DNA of 64,000 bases from an uncultured virus (IMG/VR IMGVR_UViG_3300028396_000003) (taxonomy: Duplodnaviria > Heunggongvirae > Uroviricota > Caudoviricetes): the IMG/VR virus record IMGVR_UViG_3300028396_000003; one strand, written 5' to 3'. The translations under genes and the position numbers were made by a program. Shown one piece after another: positions 41,031-51,133 of this stretch (position 1 is its first letter; each line of letters starts with the position of its first letter). Below the pieces are notes generated by a model. That model saw only the letters and a program-made list of their open reading frames with translations. It was not told the origin of the DNA and did not search any database.

Positions 41031-41211
41031 TTGTTTCCTCCAAATCTTTTAACATATCATCAAACTCTTCAGCACAGGTTTTACACATTTTAAAATTTAA
41101 TGGTCCATCCGCAGTGTCGACGTCAACGCTGTATATTTCTTTCTTATTCATCAACGTCTGACAGTGCCAACACTTATGCATTCCTACAAGTCTGTTAATC
41201 CACTCACTCAT
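41005..41211 (-). CDS. Small putative zinc-finger protein
   Basis: CWHC...CKTC; sits between gp44 and gp62 with overlaps. Confidence 0.6.
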   Translation of the reverse strand: MSEWINRLVGMHKCWHCQTLMNKKEIYSVDVDTADGPLNFKMCKTCAEEFDDMLKDLEETIAERNNTF

Positions 41212-42161
41212 TTATATTCAGCCTCAATCATTACTTCTGTAAGGAAAGCAACCATGTTAACTTCGAGATCAGCAACAAAATTAGCCTTATACATATAGTC
41301 AGCCATCGTTACTACAAATCCGGGAAGTGAACGCATTTCAACTTTATCAGCTGCCATATCATAGATCCGACGGAACATTTCATTCATATCCTGATCTGAG
41401 TTATTAGCAACCCATTTGCGCATGTTAGTAAAGTCTTTAGATTTCAATAAACGGAATACTTCATCAAGTGACTCTTGTTTTAGATTAACAAAGATACCTT
41501 CATCAATTCTACCTGAGGCAGCGTATGATTGTAACTCAGTTAGTACGCGACGGAAATCTGGAAAGTGTTTTTGGATTACCTTAGCCACTACAGCTTTATC
41601 GTAATCAATGTTTTCCATACCTAGGATTGTTTCAACTCTTTTCATAAACTGCATAGCTAGCTTAGGACGGTCGCTGGTTTCAATACTAAAATCAACTTCT
41701 GATAATCGAGATCGCAGAGGTTGAATGATACGGTTTTTAAAGTTACATGTGAATATAAATCCACAGTTAGAGGAATATTCTTCAATAAAGTTACGTAAAG
41801 CTGGTTGGACATTTGCAGCGTTTAGGTAATCAGCTTCATCAAAGATAACATATTTACGACCACCACTAAGGGATACAGCCGAGGCATATGTAGAAATATC
41901 ATAACGAAGAGTATCAATGTTAACGTTCAATGAACCATTCTTTACAATATAATCACAACCCATTTCTTCAAGCATAGCTTTTGCGATGGTTGTTTTGCCT
42001 ACACCGGGACCACCAGACAACAATAAGTTTGGTACACTATCATCAGTGACAAACTTTTTAAACATTGCTTTGGTTTTTTCAGGTAGGATAGTCTCGTCAA
42101 TTTTCTGAGGACGATATCGTTCAACCCAGAGGACTTCGTTTGCTTTAGCATCAATAGACAT
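41208..42161 (-). CDS. gp44: Clamp loader large subunit gp44
   Basis: LWVERYRP, GGPGVGKTT, FDEADYL, PLRSR, FPDFRR. Confidence 0.95.
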   Translation of the reverse strand: MSIDAKANEVLWVERYRPQKIDETILPEKTKAMFKKFVTDDSVPNLLLSGGPGVGKTTIAKAMLEEMGCDYIVKNGSLNVNIDTLRYDISTYASAVSLSGGRKYVIFDEADYLNAANVQPALRNFIEEYSSNCGFIFTCNFKNRIIQPLRSRLSEVDFSIETSDRPKLAMQFMKRVETILGMENIDYDKAVVAKVIQKHFPDFRRVLTELQSYAASGRIDEGIFVNLKQESLDEVFRLLKSKDFTNMRKWVANNSDQDMNEMFRRIYDMAADKVEMRSLPGFVVTMADYMYKANFVADLEVNMVAFLTEVMIEAEYK

Positions 42162-42222
42162 ATTGTCTCCATAATATAAAAATAAAGTGCAGGTTTATAA
42201 CGAGAGCCTGCGTCGTTTACTA

Positions 42223-42480
42223 TTACTGAACTTTGTCAGCTAGTGGCGCATCTTCTGGTACATTAGCAGGTGCTTCAACCGGCATATTACCTTGAGGTGC
42301 TTCACCTTGTGGTGCATTTTGTTGTAGGAACATTTCAAATTTATTTCGTAACATTCCGATGCCTGCGAGTTCGTTACCCGCAATGCCACCACGACGACTG
42401 ACTACGTCAATCATTTGAACTACTGTCGCAATGTCTTGCAACGATAGGTTGATTTGTTCTTGTTCTTGTTGTTCGCTCAT
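42223..42480 (-). CDS. Hypothetical protein (85 aa)
   Basis: ORF with SD between gp45 and gp44. Confidence 0.7.
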   Translation of the reverse strand: MSEQQEQEQINLSLQDIATVVQMIDVVSRRGGIAGNELAGIGMLRNKFEMFLQQNAPQGEAPQGNMPVEAPANVPEDAPLADKVQ

Positions 42481-42486
42481 GTTATA

Positions 42487-43149
42487 TTATCCTTTTTTAT
42501 AAGTCGACTTAGTATCAATCGCTACATAATAAGTAGCGTCGGTTCCCTTAAACTCAGAGATACCCTTTGCGCAAAGAGTAACATGGTAATCCTGAGCCAA
42601 GAGTTTAAGATTATCTGTTTTGATAATAACCTTAAATTCATCTGAGGTTGCGCCAATCTCTACGCCATAATCATCAGCACCTTGGTCAGCGCTGTCAATA
42701 GCTTTGAGATAAACTTTACCCTCACTACCAACGAATGCAATTTCTTTGAATTGAAGTACGCCGGCAGCTTTAATTACTGATTGCATATCATCCCAAGATA
42801 CATCAACAACCACATCCTTCGTAGGAAGGTCAATCTCTTTTTCTGGGGCTGCGTGGATCATTGAAATGTCGGCGAACGCGTATTTGGTGCGCTGTTTGCC
42901 TTCTGCAATTGTAAAGTATTTATCATGGAATTCTACGTCAGGATCTTTATAAAGACCTAGAATTGATAGAAAACGTGATAGATCATAGATACATGCCTGT
43001 GACGGAATGCTATCTGTAATCGTGGCTTTTGCCACAAGTGTTTTTTCTGGTGTAATAGTCTTTAGTACATTGCCTTCCTTCATAAGGATAGACTTGTTGA
43101 TTGTGGAAAAACTCTTAAGAATAGTAAGAGTGCGTTCAGAAAATTTCAT
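42487..43149 (-). CDS. gp45: Sliding clamp gp45
   Basis: MKFSERTLTILKSFSTINKSI, IYDLSRFL; start reassigned to the ATG after GGAG. Confidence 0.9.
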   Translation of the reverse strand: MKFSERTLTILKSFSTINKSILMKEGNVLKTITPEKTLVAKATITDSIPSQACIYDLSRFLSILGLYKDPDVEFHDKYFTIAEGKQRTKYAFADISMIHAAPEKEIDLPTKDVVVDVSWDDMQSVIKAAGVLQFKEIAFVGSEGKVYLKAIDSADQGADDYGVEIGATSDEFKVIIKTDNLKLLAQDYHVTLCAKGISEFKGTDATYYVAIDTKSTYKKG

Positions 43150-43181
43150 TATGTAAGTGCTCCATTGTTTATATAATATTA

Positions 43182-43210
43182 ATAATATCACAACTATCGT
43201 TGTATGTCAA
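43182..43210 (-). promoter_or_regulatory. Sigma70-type promoter for gp45-44-62-regA
   Basis: TTGACA-N17-TATTAT with extended TG. Confidence 0.75.
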
Positions 43211-44071
43211 CTATTTTTTACCTTTGTATGTTTTTTGGTTTGAAGATTTATCCGCTGTTGCTGATAAACCCAGTGATCCAATTGCTCCCATGTTACCTTT
43301 AAAGATATACGAACCAATATGGTTGATTTGCATCCAAGGACACATCCATACCTTCATACCAGCTTCACGCGCTTTTTGACAAAAGAAGTAATCTTCACTC
43401 AAATAACGTTTGGTTCTGGGATCAATAATACAATCAAAGTAAGCCATAATTTCGTTAGATCCGTCAAACTTTTCAGTTCTTGCATGATCTGGTTTATAAC
43501 TATACTCTGGGTATGCTGCTTTGTATGTTTCAAATGTTTTTCGTGGAATACACATAAAGCCTGTACCACCTTCGCCAATTTCTAATGGCTGTGATAGTTG
43601 AAAGCTTGACATTTTATCAACTGGATTAAAAACATAATCAGCAGTGTATTGGTCTAATAGGAACGGGTTTTCATCGGCTTTACCTAGTTCAGCAGCTCGA
43701 GCAACCTTTTCCCATGCGATTGTTTTCTTAGGGTATGGACCTGTAACGATATTGTATTTTTCTGGATCTGATACTTGTACTGCAATCATACCAAAAATAT
43801 CTCTTGGATCAAAAGCAATATCCGAATCAATAAACACTAAGTGAGTACAATCCGATCTCATAAACTCATCGGCAACATAGTTACGTGCTCGTTGAATTAA
43901 ACTTTCATTAAACAAATAGTAAAACTTTACAGTAATACCATTAGCTGCGCACATCATTGCAAGATCGGTACATGATTTAGTAAACGATCCACTGCAATTC
44001 CCTCCATACATTGGCGTCCCAATAAAGATTTTATATTGTTTTAGTTCGTCAACGCTGATTTCAATTTTCAT
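43211..44071 (-). CDS. GT-A fold glycosyltransferase-like protein
   Basis: IFIGTPMYGG, NESLIQRARN, FIDSDI (DxD), GTGFMCI, YLSEDYFFC, HIG. Confidence 0.7.
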   Translation of the reverse strand: MKIEISVDELKQYKIFIGTPMYGGNCSGSFTKSCTDLAMMCAANGITVKFYYLFNESLIQRARNYVADEFMRSDCTHLVFIDSDIAFDPRDIFGMIAVQVSDPEKYNIVTGPYPKKTIAWEKVARAAELGKADENPFLLDQYTADYVFNPVDKMSSFQLSQPLEIGEGGTGFMCIPRKTFETYKAAYPEYSYKPDHARTEKFDGSNEIMAYFDCIIDPRTKRYLSEDYFFCQKAREAGMKVWMCPWMQINHIGSYIFKGNMGAIGSLGLSATADKSSNQKTYKGKK

Positions 44072-44703
44072 ATTTCAATTTGCTCCAAATCGTTTTCTGC
44101 ACGTGTAATGGCTTGAAGTCGCAGAATGTCTGCAGCCACGTCGTGTTTACTATCATGTGCTTTAAAATTATATTCCCATTTAGCAGTATTAGATACAGGA
44201 ACAAAACCATTTATTTTAGGGAAATCAAACTTGGCATCAATAAATGTACGAGTATCACGTACAGCCCAATACTTAAGGTAATCATTCATAAGTGAAGTCT
44301 TATTTGCGTATTGTGCTAATCTCTCTAGTATTACTGGATCAAAAGAATTAGATCTTGACCACCATCGCTCAACCTTATTAGATGATCTTAAATAGTCAAT
44401 TAACTTTTCCATAAATTGAACTGGTGTAAGATCGTTTTCTGATGGTTTTAGATTAACTCTTAATGCAGGTGGTTGGTCAAGCCACCATTGTAAATCACGA
44501 TCGTTATATTTACATCCGTGGTTTTGTACTTGGTCTTTAATATTAAACTTAGCTTGTTGCATGCCAAGTACCAACTCTTTAAAAGAATATGGATTTTCTG
44601 TAAATCGACTCCAATCAAAGGTCGTGTACGAGCAATCAATCGCTGGTACCTCGCGTGAGTTTTGACCAATGGTTTCGAAGTCAATAATAAAGTGTGTGCT
44701 CAT
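44068..44703 (-). CDS. DEDDh 3'-5' exonuclease (DexA-like)
   Basis: IDFETIG, SNSFDPVIL, RDTRT, HDSKHDVAAD. Confidence 0.8.
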   Translation of the reverse strand: MSTHFIIDFETIGQNSREVPAIDCSYTTFDWSRFTENPYSFKELVLGMQQAKFNIKDQVQNHGCKYNDRDLQWWLDQPPALRVNLKPSENDLTPVQFMEKLIDYLRSSNKVERWWSRSNSFDPVILERLAQYANKTSLMNDYLKYWAVRDTRTFIDAKFDFPKINGFVPVSNTAKWEYNFKAHDSKHDVAADILRLQAITRAENDLEQIEI

Positions 44704-45905
44704 TATATAAATGCCTCTAGTGTATCTGCTTTAGTAATATAGTCGGCCTTCTGACTATGATTATACTGCATAATGTAGTCCGTGTCAACCATTTTTGCGT
44801 TACCTTCAATATATTTTTTCACTTCGCCTGCCATGTCTTTTGCAGTTTGAACTGGAACGTTTTGGCAAATATGGTTAGATGATTGCTTTGGATTAAGCAA
44901 TTCAAAGTCTTGTGGCAATCCCATAATAGTCATAGCTTCTCTATATGTAATGAAACGATCTTCATCTGGGTGTGTTAACATTTTAGGATAATGTCCAACA
45001 AAAGCACCAATATAATCTTTAGGAATAGTTACACCACGTTTCATAATGTTACCACCTGATTTTAGCTTTTCATATTTACGCATAGATTTTTCAGCTTCGT
45101 TATCATAGCCATGCTTAGCCATCCATTCAGAAACCTGTTTAAAGTTATATCCATTACGTTCAATATATGTAAATACACATAAACCAGATTTAGTAAACTG
45201 ATTGTCAACTAATTCAGAATGTTCTTTGTGTGTTCTACCACCATGTATCTCTTCTAAAACAAACTTATAGTAAGGATTATCTGATGGAGTCTTATTACTG
45301 ATTGGTTCCATTTGAAAGTTTGATGTTACCTCACGTATTACTTCTTCAATAGGTTTGTGTGGTCTATTGAAATATCCAAGCAATGGTGTTTGTGTATCTT
45401 TCCAAAAGAAATAAAACGAACGCTCACGTACTTGTGGTGCGCCATGTAATAGAGATCTTGTTCTATATACAGACATGGTGTAACCGTTTTTCTTACCAAT
45501 TTCTCTTAATTGGGCTCTAACGTTTGTACCAATTTTACCTGCAAATGCTGGAGCATTCTCACCCCAGAACACTTTTGGTTTATATTCGCCTAAGATATAT
45601 TCTGCAGTCTTTCCCATCCACTGGTTATTTGGATTATGATCGCCATAACCGTGAGACATCATAGATAAACCAGCACACGGACAAACAGATGATACCACAT
45701 CAGCTCTTTCATTTACAGGTGGTGCTTCGCCTTGGTCCAACAGATAATAATTAATTCTATTATCATAATAATTTAAAATGTGGCTATCGTTTGCTTGAAA
45801 ACCATCGTACGACATAAAGTGTAGTGGTTCAGTTCCAAATGCTTGTTGTGATCCAATAGTTTCGCCACCAATTAATGGAACAATAGATGCGTGTGTAATA
45901 CTCAT
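44703..45905 (-). CDS. DNA cytosine-C5 methyltransferase-like protein (atypical motif I)
   Basis: Motif IV PC (VCPCAGLS), VI ENA, VIII QVRER, IX RFITYREAMTIMGLP, X QNVPV; motif I reads IVPLIGG rather than FxGxGG. Confidence 0.8.
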   Translation of the reverse strand: MSITHASIVPLIGGETIGSQQAFGTEPLHFMSYDGFQANDSHILNYYDNRINYYLLDQGEAPPVNERADVVSSVCPCAGLSMMSHGYGDHNPNNQWMGKTAEYILGEYKPKVFWGENAPAFAGKIGTNVRAQLREIGKKNGYTMSVYRTRSLLHGAPQVRERSFYFFWKDTQTPLLGYFNRPHKPIEEVIREVTSNFQMEPISNKTPSDNPYYKFVLEEIHGGRTHKEHSELVDNQFTKSGLCVFTYIERNGYNFKQVSEWMAKHGYDNEAEKSMRKYEKLKSGGNIMKRGVTIPKDYIGAFVGHYPKMLTHPDEDRFITYREAMTIMGLPQDFELLNPKQSSNHICQNVPVQTAKDMAGEVKKYIEGNAKMVDTDYIMQYNHSQKADYITKADTLEAFI

Positions 45906-45922
45906 TATTTACCTTTCTGATA

Positions 45923-47176
45923 TTAGAAGAATGACTCTAAGCCAATCGTTGGCTTTTCTGGAATTGGAAATTCTTCTAAGTTTGGCGCAACATAATTTGG
46001 ATTTATGCTGGTCATAATCTTATTATTGAGGAATGTACCGTCATAATATTCTGGTTTTAAAATTGTTTTTTGTAGTAGTTCTAACAAATGATTATATTTT
46101 GCTGGATCGTCCTTTAACATTTGAATACGCTCAGCTAATTGTTCTGGAGATTTAACTCTTAGAAAATCAGGAATATTTGTATGTCTTTGCTCGTCGTAAG
46201 TTGGATGTAAAAATGGAATTACACCAGCGTGGATCATTTCAATATATTTTGAAGTTACCCAACCTTTTTTAATTGGAATGATAAAAGTAAATTTAACATC
46301 TTGTAGTTTTTCTTGCAGCGCGTCAATTTTAAGCGATCCTTTAAACCGCGTATCACCTTCCATAATTTCTTCTGACCATTTGCCATAAATGTCAACATCC
46401 TCATTATGGTCGAGGATCCATTCTTTTAACAATTTATAACGCGATGGTTTGCCTTCGTTTAATACAATCATAAAGTCTGTATTACGATTTCTATTTATGT
46501 CCGTTCCATGTTCGTAATCTAAACAAAAAGCTGTTTCCATACCTGCATATACAGATTTAACTGATATTGGTGTACGTGTTTGGTCTTCATACGAATTAAT
46601 TTTATTTGAAATATATTCATAATCGTATTGACCAAGTGACATTGTTGGTGGATGCATCATATCTCTGGCTTGATTCATAACATACCGTGGATCATTTACA
46701 ATTTCAACATAGTTTGGTCTACAATCATTTAACCACGATGTAATACCAGTCGTATAACCTTTTGTCATATCAAGTACTGTTGATATTTGAGTTGCGTCGT
46801 TTACTTTAACAATTCTATCGGGTATCGTAACAGAACCAACTTGACCAACCATTAGTACAGTATAATCAAGTTCAATATTATTATTTTTGAGATAGTTTTT
46901 TACATGGTCATAATAATCTTGGTTGTAATGCTCAGGTCCAATAGACCTTTTGTTCCAAACATCTACTACGTTGTTATATGGAAATAATTCGTATTGCTCT
47001 GCTTCATTTAAATAACCATAATCAGTACGTCCAATAATATGGAATGTAATATCTGGGTTAAGGTTTGCTAATGCGCGTAGCGTACAGCTTGCCTCGTTGT
47101 CGCCACCAATTGGCGAATATTTATTTCTCTGGAACTTTACCGATTTGCCAAGTTTTCCAAATCCAATGTGTTTCAT
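45923..47176 (-). CDS. GT-B glycosyltransferase resembling T4 beta-glucosyltransferase
   Basis: VNDPRY (cf. BGT TDIRL), DIYGKW, WVTSKYIEMIHAGVIPFLHPTYD (cf. BGT FITLRVWE...IDEEFD); comparison made from memory. Confidence 0.65.
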   Translation of the reverse strand: MKHIGFGKLGKSVKFQRNKYSPIGGDNEASCTLRALANLNPDITFHIIGRTDYGYLNEAEQYELFPYNNVVDVWNKRSIGPEHYNQDYYDHVKNYLKNNNIELDYTVLMVGQVGSVTIPDRIVKVNDATQISTVLDMTKGYTTGITSWLNDCRPNYVEIVNDPRYVMNQARDMMHPPTMSLGQYDYEYISNKINSYEDQTRTPISVKSVYAGMETAFCLDYEHGTDINRNRNTDFMIVLNEGKPSRYKLLKEWILDHNEDVDIYGKWSEEIMEGDTRFKGSLKIDALQEKLQDVKFTFIIPIKKGWVTSKYIEMIHAGVIPFLHPTYDEQRHTNIPDFLRVKSPEQLAERIQMLKDDPAKYNHLLELLQKTILKPEYYDGTFLNNKIMTSINPNYVAPNLEEFPIPEKPTIGLESFF

Positions 47177-47179
47177 AAT

Positions 47180-47539
47180 CTAATCCTTCATCAATTCTAT
47201 AAACGTATAGGGAAGCATGGCCTTGTCATCAATATAGTAAACACCATATGGTTTACCGTATTGTATTTCATCGTAAGGTACTTTATGCTCATTTAACCAC
47301 GTTGTAGTAATATCACCAACATCCTCTATGACTTTATTTATGTCTCCACGATGAGTCAACATTCTTCGCGCAGTACTAATAACAATTTTATATTCAAGCT
47401 TTTTTGCTTTAGTAAGTGCTTCTATCATTTCAGGGATTGGCTGTGCTAATCCATATTTTCTATATGTATCCTTTTCGTCATGATTAGGAATACATATAGT
47501 ATCGTCTAAATCAACGACTAATGTTTTTTGCGTAGTCAT
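47180..47539 (-). CDS. HAD-superfamily phosphatase (EcbF/BcbF capsule-biosynthesis type)
   Basis: DLDDT, STAR, GKP..VYYIDDKA. Confidence 0.8.
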   Translation of the reverse strand: MTTQKTLVVDLDDTICIPNHDEKDTYRKYGLAQPIPEMIEALTKAKKLEYKIVISTARRMLTHRGDINKVIEDVGDITTTWLNEHKVPYDEIQYGKPYGVYYIDDKAMLPYTFIELMKD

Positions 47540-48980
47540 TTACGTAATCTTTCATTCTTTGTTGTCTGTCTGGACAATCATAGTGTAATTTAATGCAGGT
47601 AGCAATCAATAAAGCACCACCATCAATTATTTCATTATATACCGTCGGATAGTATTTGTCAACTAGTTTACTAAATGACCAGGAAACATAATCAGGATAT
47701 TTGTTTCCTGTAACTAATTCAGAATAGCCATGATATAAGTCATGTGATAGTTTACACATATCATATAAGTAATCACCACCGCAGCCAACATGGTCTCCGT
47801 ACGAACCGCGAGGATCAAGCAATGTGATACTATCATTATATGGATTATATAGAATATTACCAAAGTGTAAATCGCCATGCATTGCCGAAACAGGTTCAGC
47901 TTTATCAAGGCAGCGTTGTGCGACACCGTTATAAAAATCTTTAGAACATGTTAGACGTTCCGATGTTTTATTGACCCACATCTTTTCAGCATTATCATGG
48001 AAGTCAGCAGTAAATTCTAATGTGGCTTTACCATGGAAGTGAGTACGCATAGCCAGAATAACTTTTTCAATTAAGTAATCAATAGTACTATTAGAAATCT
48101 CTTCGTGTGCAAACAAATCAGATAATAGAATTCCTGACTCGTATGACATTGACAATGCGTAATCGTCTTTAAGAATTTTAGGAACAAACATACTCTGAAC
48201 TGGATTGAGAGTTTCAAACCAATTCTTTTCGTTCATAATTGTTCTTACAGCAAATGTATTGTTATGAGATGGTATTTTAGTAATGGCGTTGATGTCTGAT
48301 CTATATTCAAACGAATTAAACTCACGTGCCTTAAATGTAAGGAACTCTGCACAAGTTTTATGGTACGATGCGATATCGCCAATGTCATACCAACGATCAG
48401 TGTTTATATTATTAAAGGCACCATATAATTCAAGCGCATCGGATATTTCATAACCATCAGTATCATAAAAACAATCTGAAGCTTTTATCCCATCACTAAA
48501 ACTATATAAACCGACAAGCGCGTCAGCATTTGGAACTGTGTTTTTTGGTTTATTAAAATAGTTGTTACCATCCCACATGCACCAAGCAAAGTGATCATCG
48601 ACTTGTTTAGTTAATAGAAAATCAGAACCAAGTGGCAGCTCATCCTCAAGGATAATAGCATCACCTAACCAAACAACAAGTGGCAATGATTTATCATCTA
48701 AGCTTTCAATACCAACTGATATAGCATCACGGGGACCATTAAGAGATCCCTGCTTTACGCATTTAACTACATCGTATTTTTTAGCCCATTCTCTGATGTC
48801 ATTATGTTTACCATCAACGACAACGATTTGGTTTATTCCTGTCGTATTATTATAAATGGATTCAATAATATACTCGATAGTTGGTTTGCCGTGTACACGT
48901 ACCATTGCCTTTGAACAGTTTGATGTTAACGGTTTAAGACGTGTGGCTTCACCTGCTGCCGGTATTACTATGTTTATCAT
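47511..48980 (-). CDS. Sugar nucleotidyltransferase fused to an APH/choline-kinase-like domain
   Basis: IPAAGEATRLKPLT..SKAM, WLGD, WYDIG in the N-terminal domain; HGDLHFGNILY...LLDPRG..GD.LYD..KL.H in the C-terminal domain. Confidence 0.85.
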   Translation of the reverse strand: MINIVIPAAGEATRLKPLTSNCSKAMVRVHGKPTIEYIIESIYNNTTGINQIVVVDGKHNDIREWAKKYDVVKCVKQGSLNGPRDAISVGIESLDDKSLPLVVWLGDAIILEDELPLGSDFLLTKQVDDHFAWCMWDGNNYFNKPKNTVPNADALVGLYSFSDGIKASDCFYDTDGYEISDALELYGAFNNINTDRWYDIGDIASYHKTCAEFLTFKAREFNSFEYRSDINAITKIPSHNNTFAVRTIMNEKNWFETLNPVQSMFVPKILKDDYALSMSYESGILLSDLFAHEEISNSTIDYLIEKVILAMRTHFHGKATLEFTADFHDNAEKMWVNKTSERLTCSKDFYNGVAQRCLDKAEPVSAMHGDLHFGNILYNPYNDSITLLDPRGSYGDHVGCGGDYLYDMCKLSHDLYHGYSELVTGNKYPDYVSWSFSKLVDKYYPTVYNEIIDGGALLIATCIKLHYDCPDRQQRMKDYVNDYAKNISR

Positions 48981-49611
48981 AATTTAATTTCCATTCACTA
49001 TATTCATCTTCTAACATTGCCCACTGGCAACGAGTGTATTTATGTTCCGCTGTCTTATCCCATATGATCCACATATAGGCAATCATACCACCAATTTGGT
49101 CTTTTTTATCAACAGGTTCTAATATGTTAGAATCAAATCTTACTCTGTCTGATAGATATATTATATCACTAGGTGGGTTAGATGTAAACAGTTTATTTCG
49201 CTTCTTACCTTCAAGAAACGTTAAACGTAAAAACATTGCAGTGTAATCGTATTCGTCTGTCCATTTTTCTGCTAGTTTGCGTGGCAAATCTTTATGGTAT
49301 GGAGGGTTAGTGATTACACCTTTAACGTCTTTATCTTTTGGTAACTCTAATGCGTCGTATGGTGTATTTATGTTAGTGAGAGTATTAGGATATACGTTAA
49401 GGTCGTAGGATATAACATCGTGGCCATTACGTAAAAGCTCTGATGAAATATGCCCACGACCAGCGCATGGCTCTATAACTTTATGCGGTACATTACCGTA
49501 TTTACATAGAATATATGTTGCTAAGGGAGGAGTAGGATAAAAATCATTCACCGTTCTATTTGGATCATTCTTTTTAACGCCAACATATATGTCCGTTAAG
49601 TTATTCGCCAA
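48949..49611 (-). CDS. Amino (N6-adenine/N4-cytosine) DNA methyltransferase-like protein
   Basis: DFYPTPP, EPCAGRG (SAM binding), ITNPPY (catalytic). Confidence 0.8.
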   Translation of the reverse strand: MANNLTDIYVGVKKNDPNRTVNDFYPTPPLATYILCKYGNVPHKVIEPCAGRGHISSELLRNGHDVISYDLNVYPNTLTNINTPYDALELPKDKDVKGVITNPPYHKDLPRKLAEKWTDEYDYTAMFLRLTFLEGKKRNKLFTSNPPSDIIYLSDRVRFDSNILEPVDKKDQIGGMIAYMWIIWDKTAEHKYTRCQWAMLEDEYSEWKLNYDKHSNTGSR

Positions 49612-50113
49612 GTGAAGTTACCCGTACATTTGCTTCTTTAAACATAGGTAAACTCTTTTCTTCCCATACCTTTTGCCAATCACCTTTAACACTTTTATCT
49701 GATGATATGACTACACGTTTAATACCCGCTTGAATAACAAGTTTGGTACAATCAGAACATATAGGTAATCCATATACGTATAAAGTAGAGTCTTTTAGTG
49801 ATACACCGGCATATAACGCATTCATAAGTGCATTCATTTCAGCATGTACTACAAGACTATGTTTGGTAGGACGATCGTTTAAACGATCTTCAGTATCTTC
49901 AATACCTTTTGGAAACCCATTATAGCCTGTAGCCAATATGCGTCTATCATCATTAACAGCAACACAACCAATTTTACTTGAAGGGTCTTTGCTCCAATCA
50001 GCGATCATAGTCGCTAATGACATAAAACGGTTATCCCATTTAAGGCGGTTTGTATCGTCTTCTTTCATTCGTCTTCCCATATAAGCATAATAGCTTTCCC
50101 TACTTGCACTCAT
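49601..50113 (-). CDS. cd: dCMP deaminase
   Basis: WSKDPSSKIG, GYNGFP, VHAEMNA, PICSDC. Confidence 0.92.
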   Translation of the reverse strand: MSASRESYYAYMGRRMKEDDTNRLKWDNRFMSLATMIADWSKDPSSKIGCVAVNDDRRILATGYNGFPKGIEDTEDRLNDRPTKHSLVVHAEMNALMNALYAGVSLKDSTLYVYGLPICSDCTKLVIQAGIKRVVISSDKSVKGDWQKVWEEKSLPMFKEANVRVTSLGE

Positions 50114-50805
50114 TGTTTTACCAAATCAAAGTGACGTTCATAGGTATGTAAGTTCATTACCTGCCACGTAAGCATACCCTTTTGAATAGTAAAGTGCTTA
50201 TTGCCGGGAAGTTTACATTGTTCATTCCATTGAGCAACAAACTTATCCATAAGATATTGTGCCCACGCATAATCATTCTTGTAGCCAAACACAACATCAT
50301 TAGAACGCATTTGAGATACCATATGTAAGATACCATCACGAATATAGAATGTTTGTGCATTAGTACAGATGAAATCAGACTTACCACCTTCGTCAAACTC
50401 AACCCAAATAGATGGACGATTATAAATCATTTGAGCACGACGGCTATCAGGGTTACTCCATAGTTCATCAAAAGCATTTTGGAATTGGTTATGATATTTT
50501 TTAGAGAATACTAAATGGCCATAGTTGGAATTAATATTACCGTGCGGATCTGCTGAATATTGCCATGCGGCAGGAGCAGGTTTGGATGGTCCATAGATAT
50601 CATTAATGTTTGTTGATTGCGACTCATACCATGCCAACTCCGCATTAATATATTCTTGTACAGGTTTACCAAAGATAGCAGGTTCATCAGCGACAAACGA
50701 TGCACCAAGTAGCTCGATTGTTTTTGCACCAGTTTTATCTGTAGTAAATCGTTCAGCTTTTAGTTCGTCAATAAAATAATTACGAATGTCACTTACGCTA
50801 TTCAT
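50110..50805 (-). CDS. gp42: dCMP hydroxymethylase-like (T4 gp42 branch of the thymidylate synthase family)
   Basis: EL.WY, NSNYG, DSRRA, DFICT (catalytic Cys), MRSNDVVFGYKNDYAW (Asp at the cytosine-specificity site), LHTYERHF; start after AAGGAG. Confidence 0.85.
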   Translation of the reverse strand: MNSVSDIRNYFIDELKAERFTTDKTGAKTIELLGASFVADEPAIFGKPVQEYINAELAWYESQSTNINDIYGPSKPAPAAWQYSADPHGNINSNYGHLVFSKKYHNQFQNAFDELWSNPDSRRAQMIYNRPSIWVEFDEGGKSDFICTNAQTFYIRDGILHMVSQMRSNDVVFGYKNDYAWAQYLMDKFVAQWNEQCKLPGNKHFTIQKGMLTWQVMNLHTYERHFDLVKQ

Positions 50806-51121
50806 CATCTTCTCCTTTAAATCTATCATCGGTATCAATTGGATCAGACTCAAGTGTTGTCATACAAAGGATCATCATTTGAGTTAATGCGTGTGATACG
50901 TGTGGTAAGCCAGACTCTGGGTCAATATCTTCACCAGAAATATACGCCAAAAGGTGACGTTGAATAGAAGAGTAATGACGAGATACTGGAAATTTATTTA
51001 TGTCATGCCGCCAATTGTTTTCACCATACTTTTCAGCACCAAAACCAAATACCTTAGCAGCTTCAATGATAGCTTCTGGCGGAACTAAATGGATTTTTGG
51101 TTTGTCATTATCAAATTTCAT
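50798..51121 (-). CDS. DUF5664 / dNTP diphosphohydrolase-like protein
   Basis: KFDNDKP..LVP, FGAEKYGENNWR, RHL...GEDIDPESGLPHVSHA. Confidence 0.8.
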   Translation of the reverse strand: MKFDNDKPKIHLVPPEAIIEAAKVFGFGAEKYGENNWRHDINKFPVSRHYSSIQRHLLAYISGEDIDPESGLPHVSHALTQMMILCMTTLESDPIDTDDRFKGEDDE

Positions 51122-51133
51122 ATACTTGTTTCC

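Noticed and set aside
50110..50853. Canonical thymidylate synthase (ThyA) call
   Set aside because: It has DFICT and GYKND instead of the LxPCH and PFN motifs, matching the gp42 branch.
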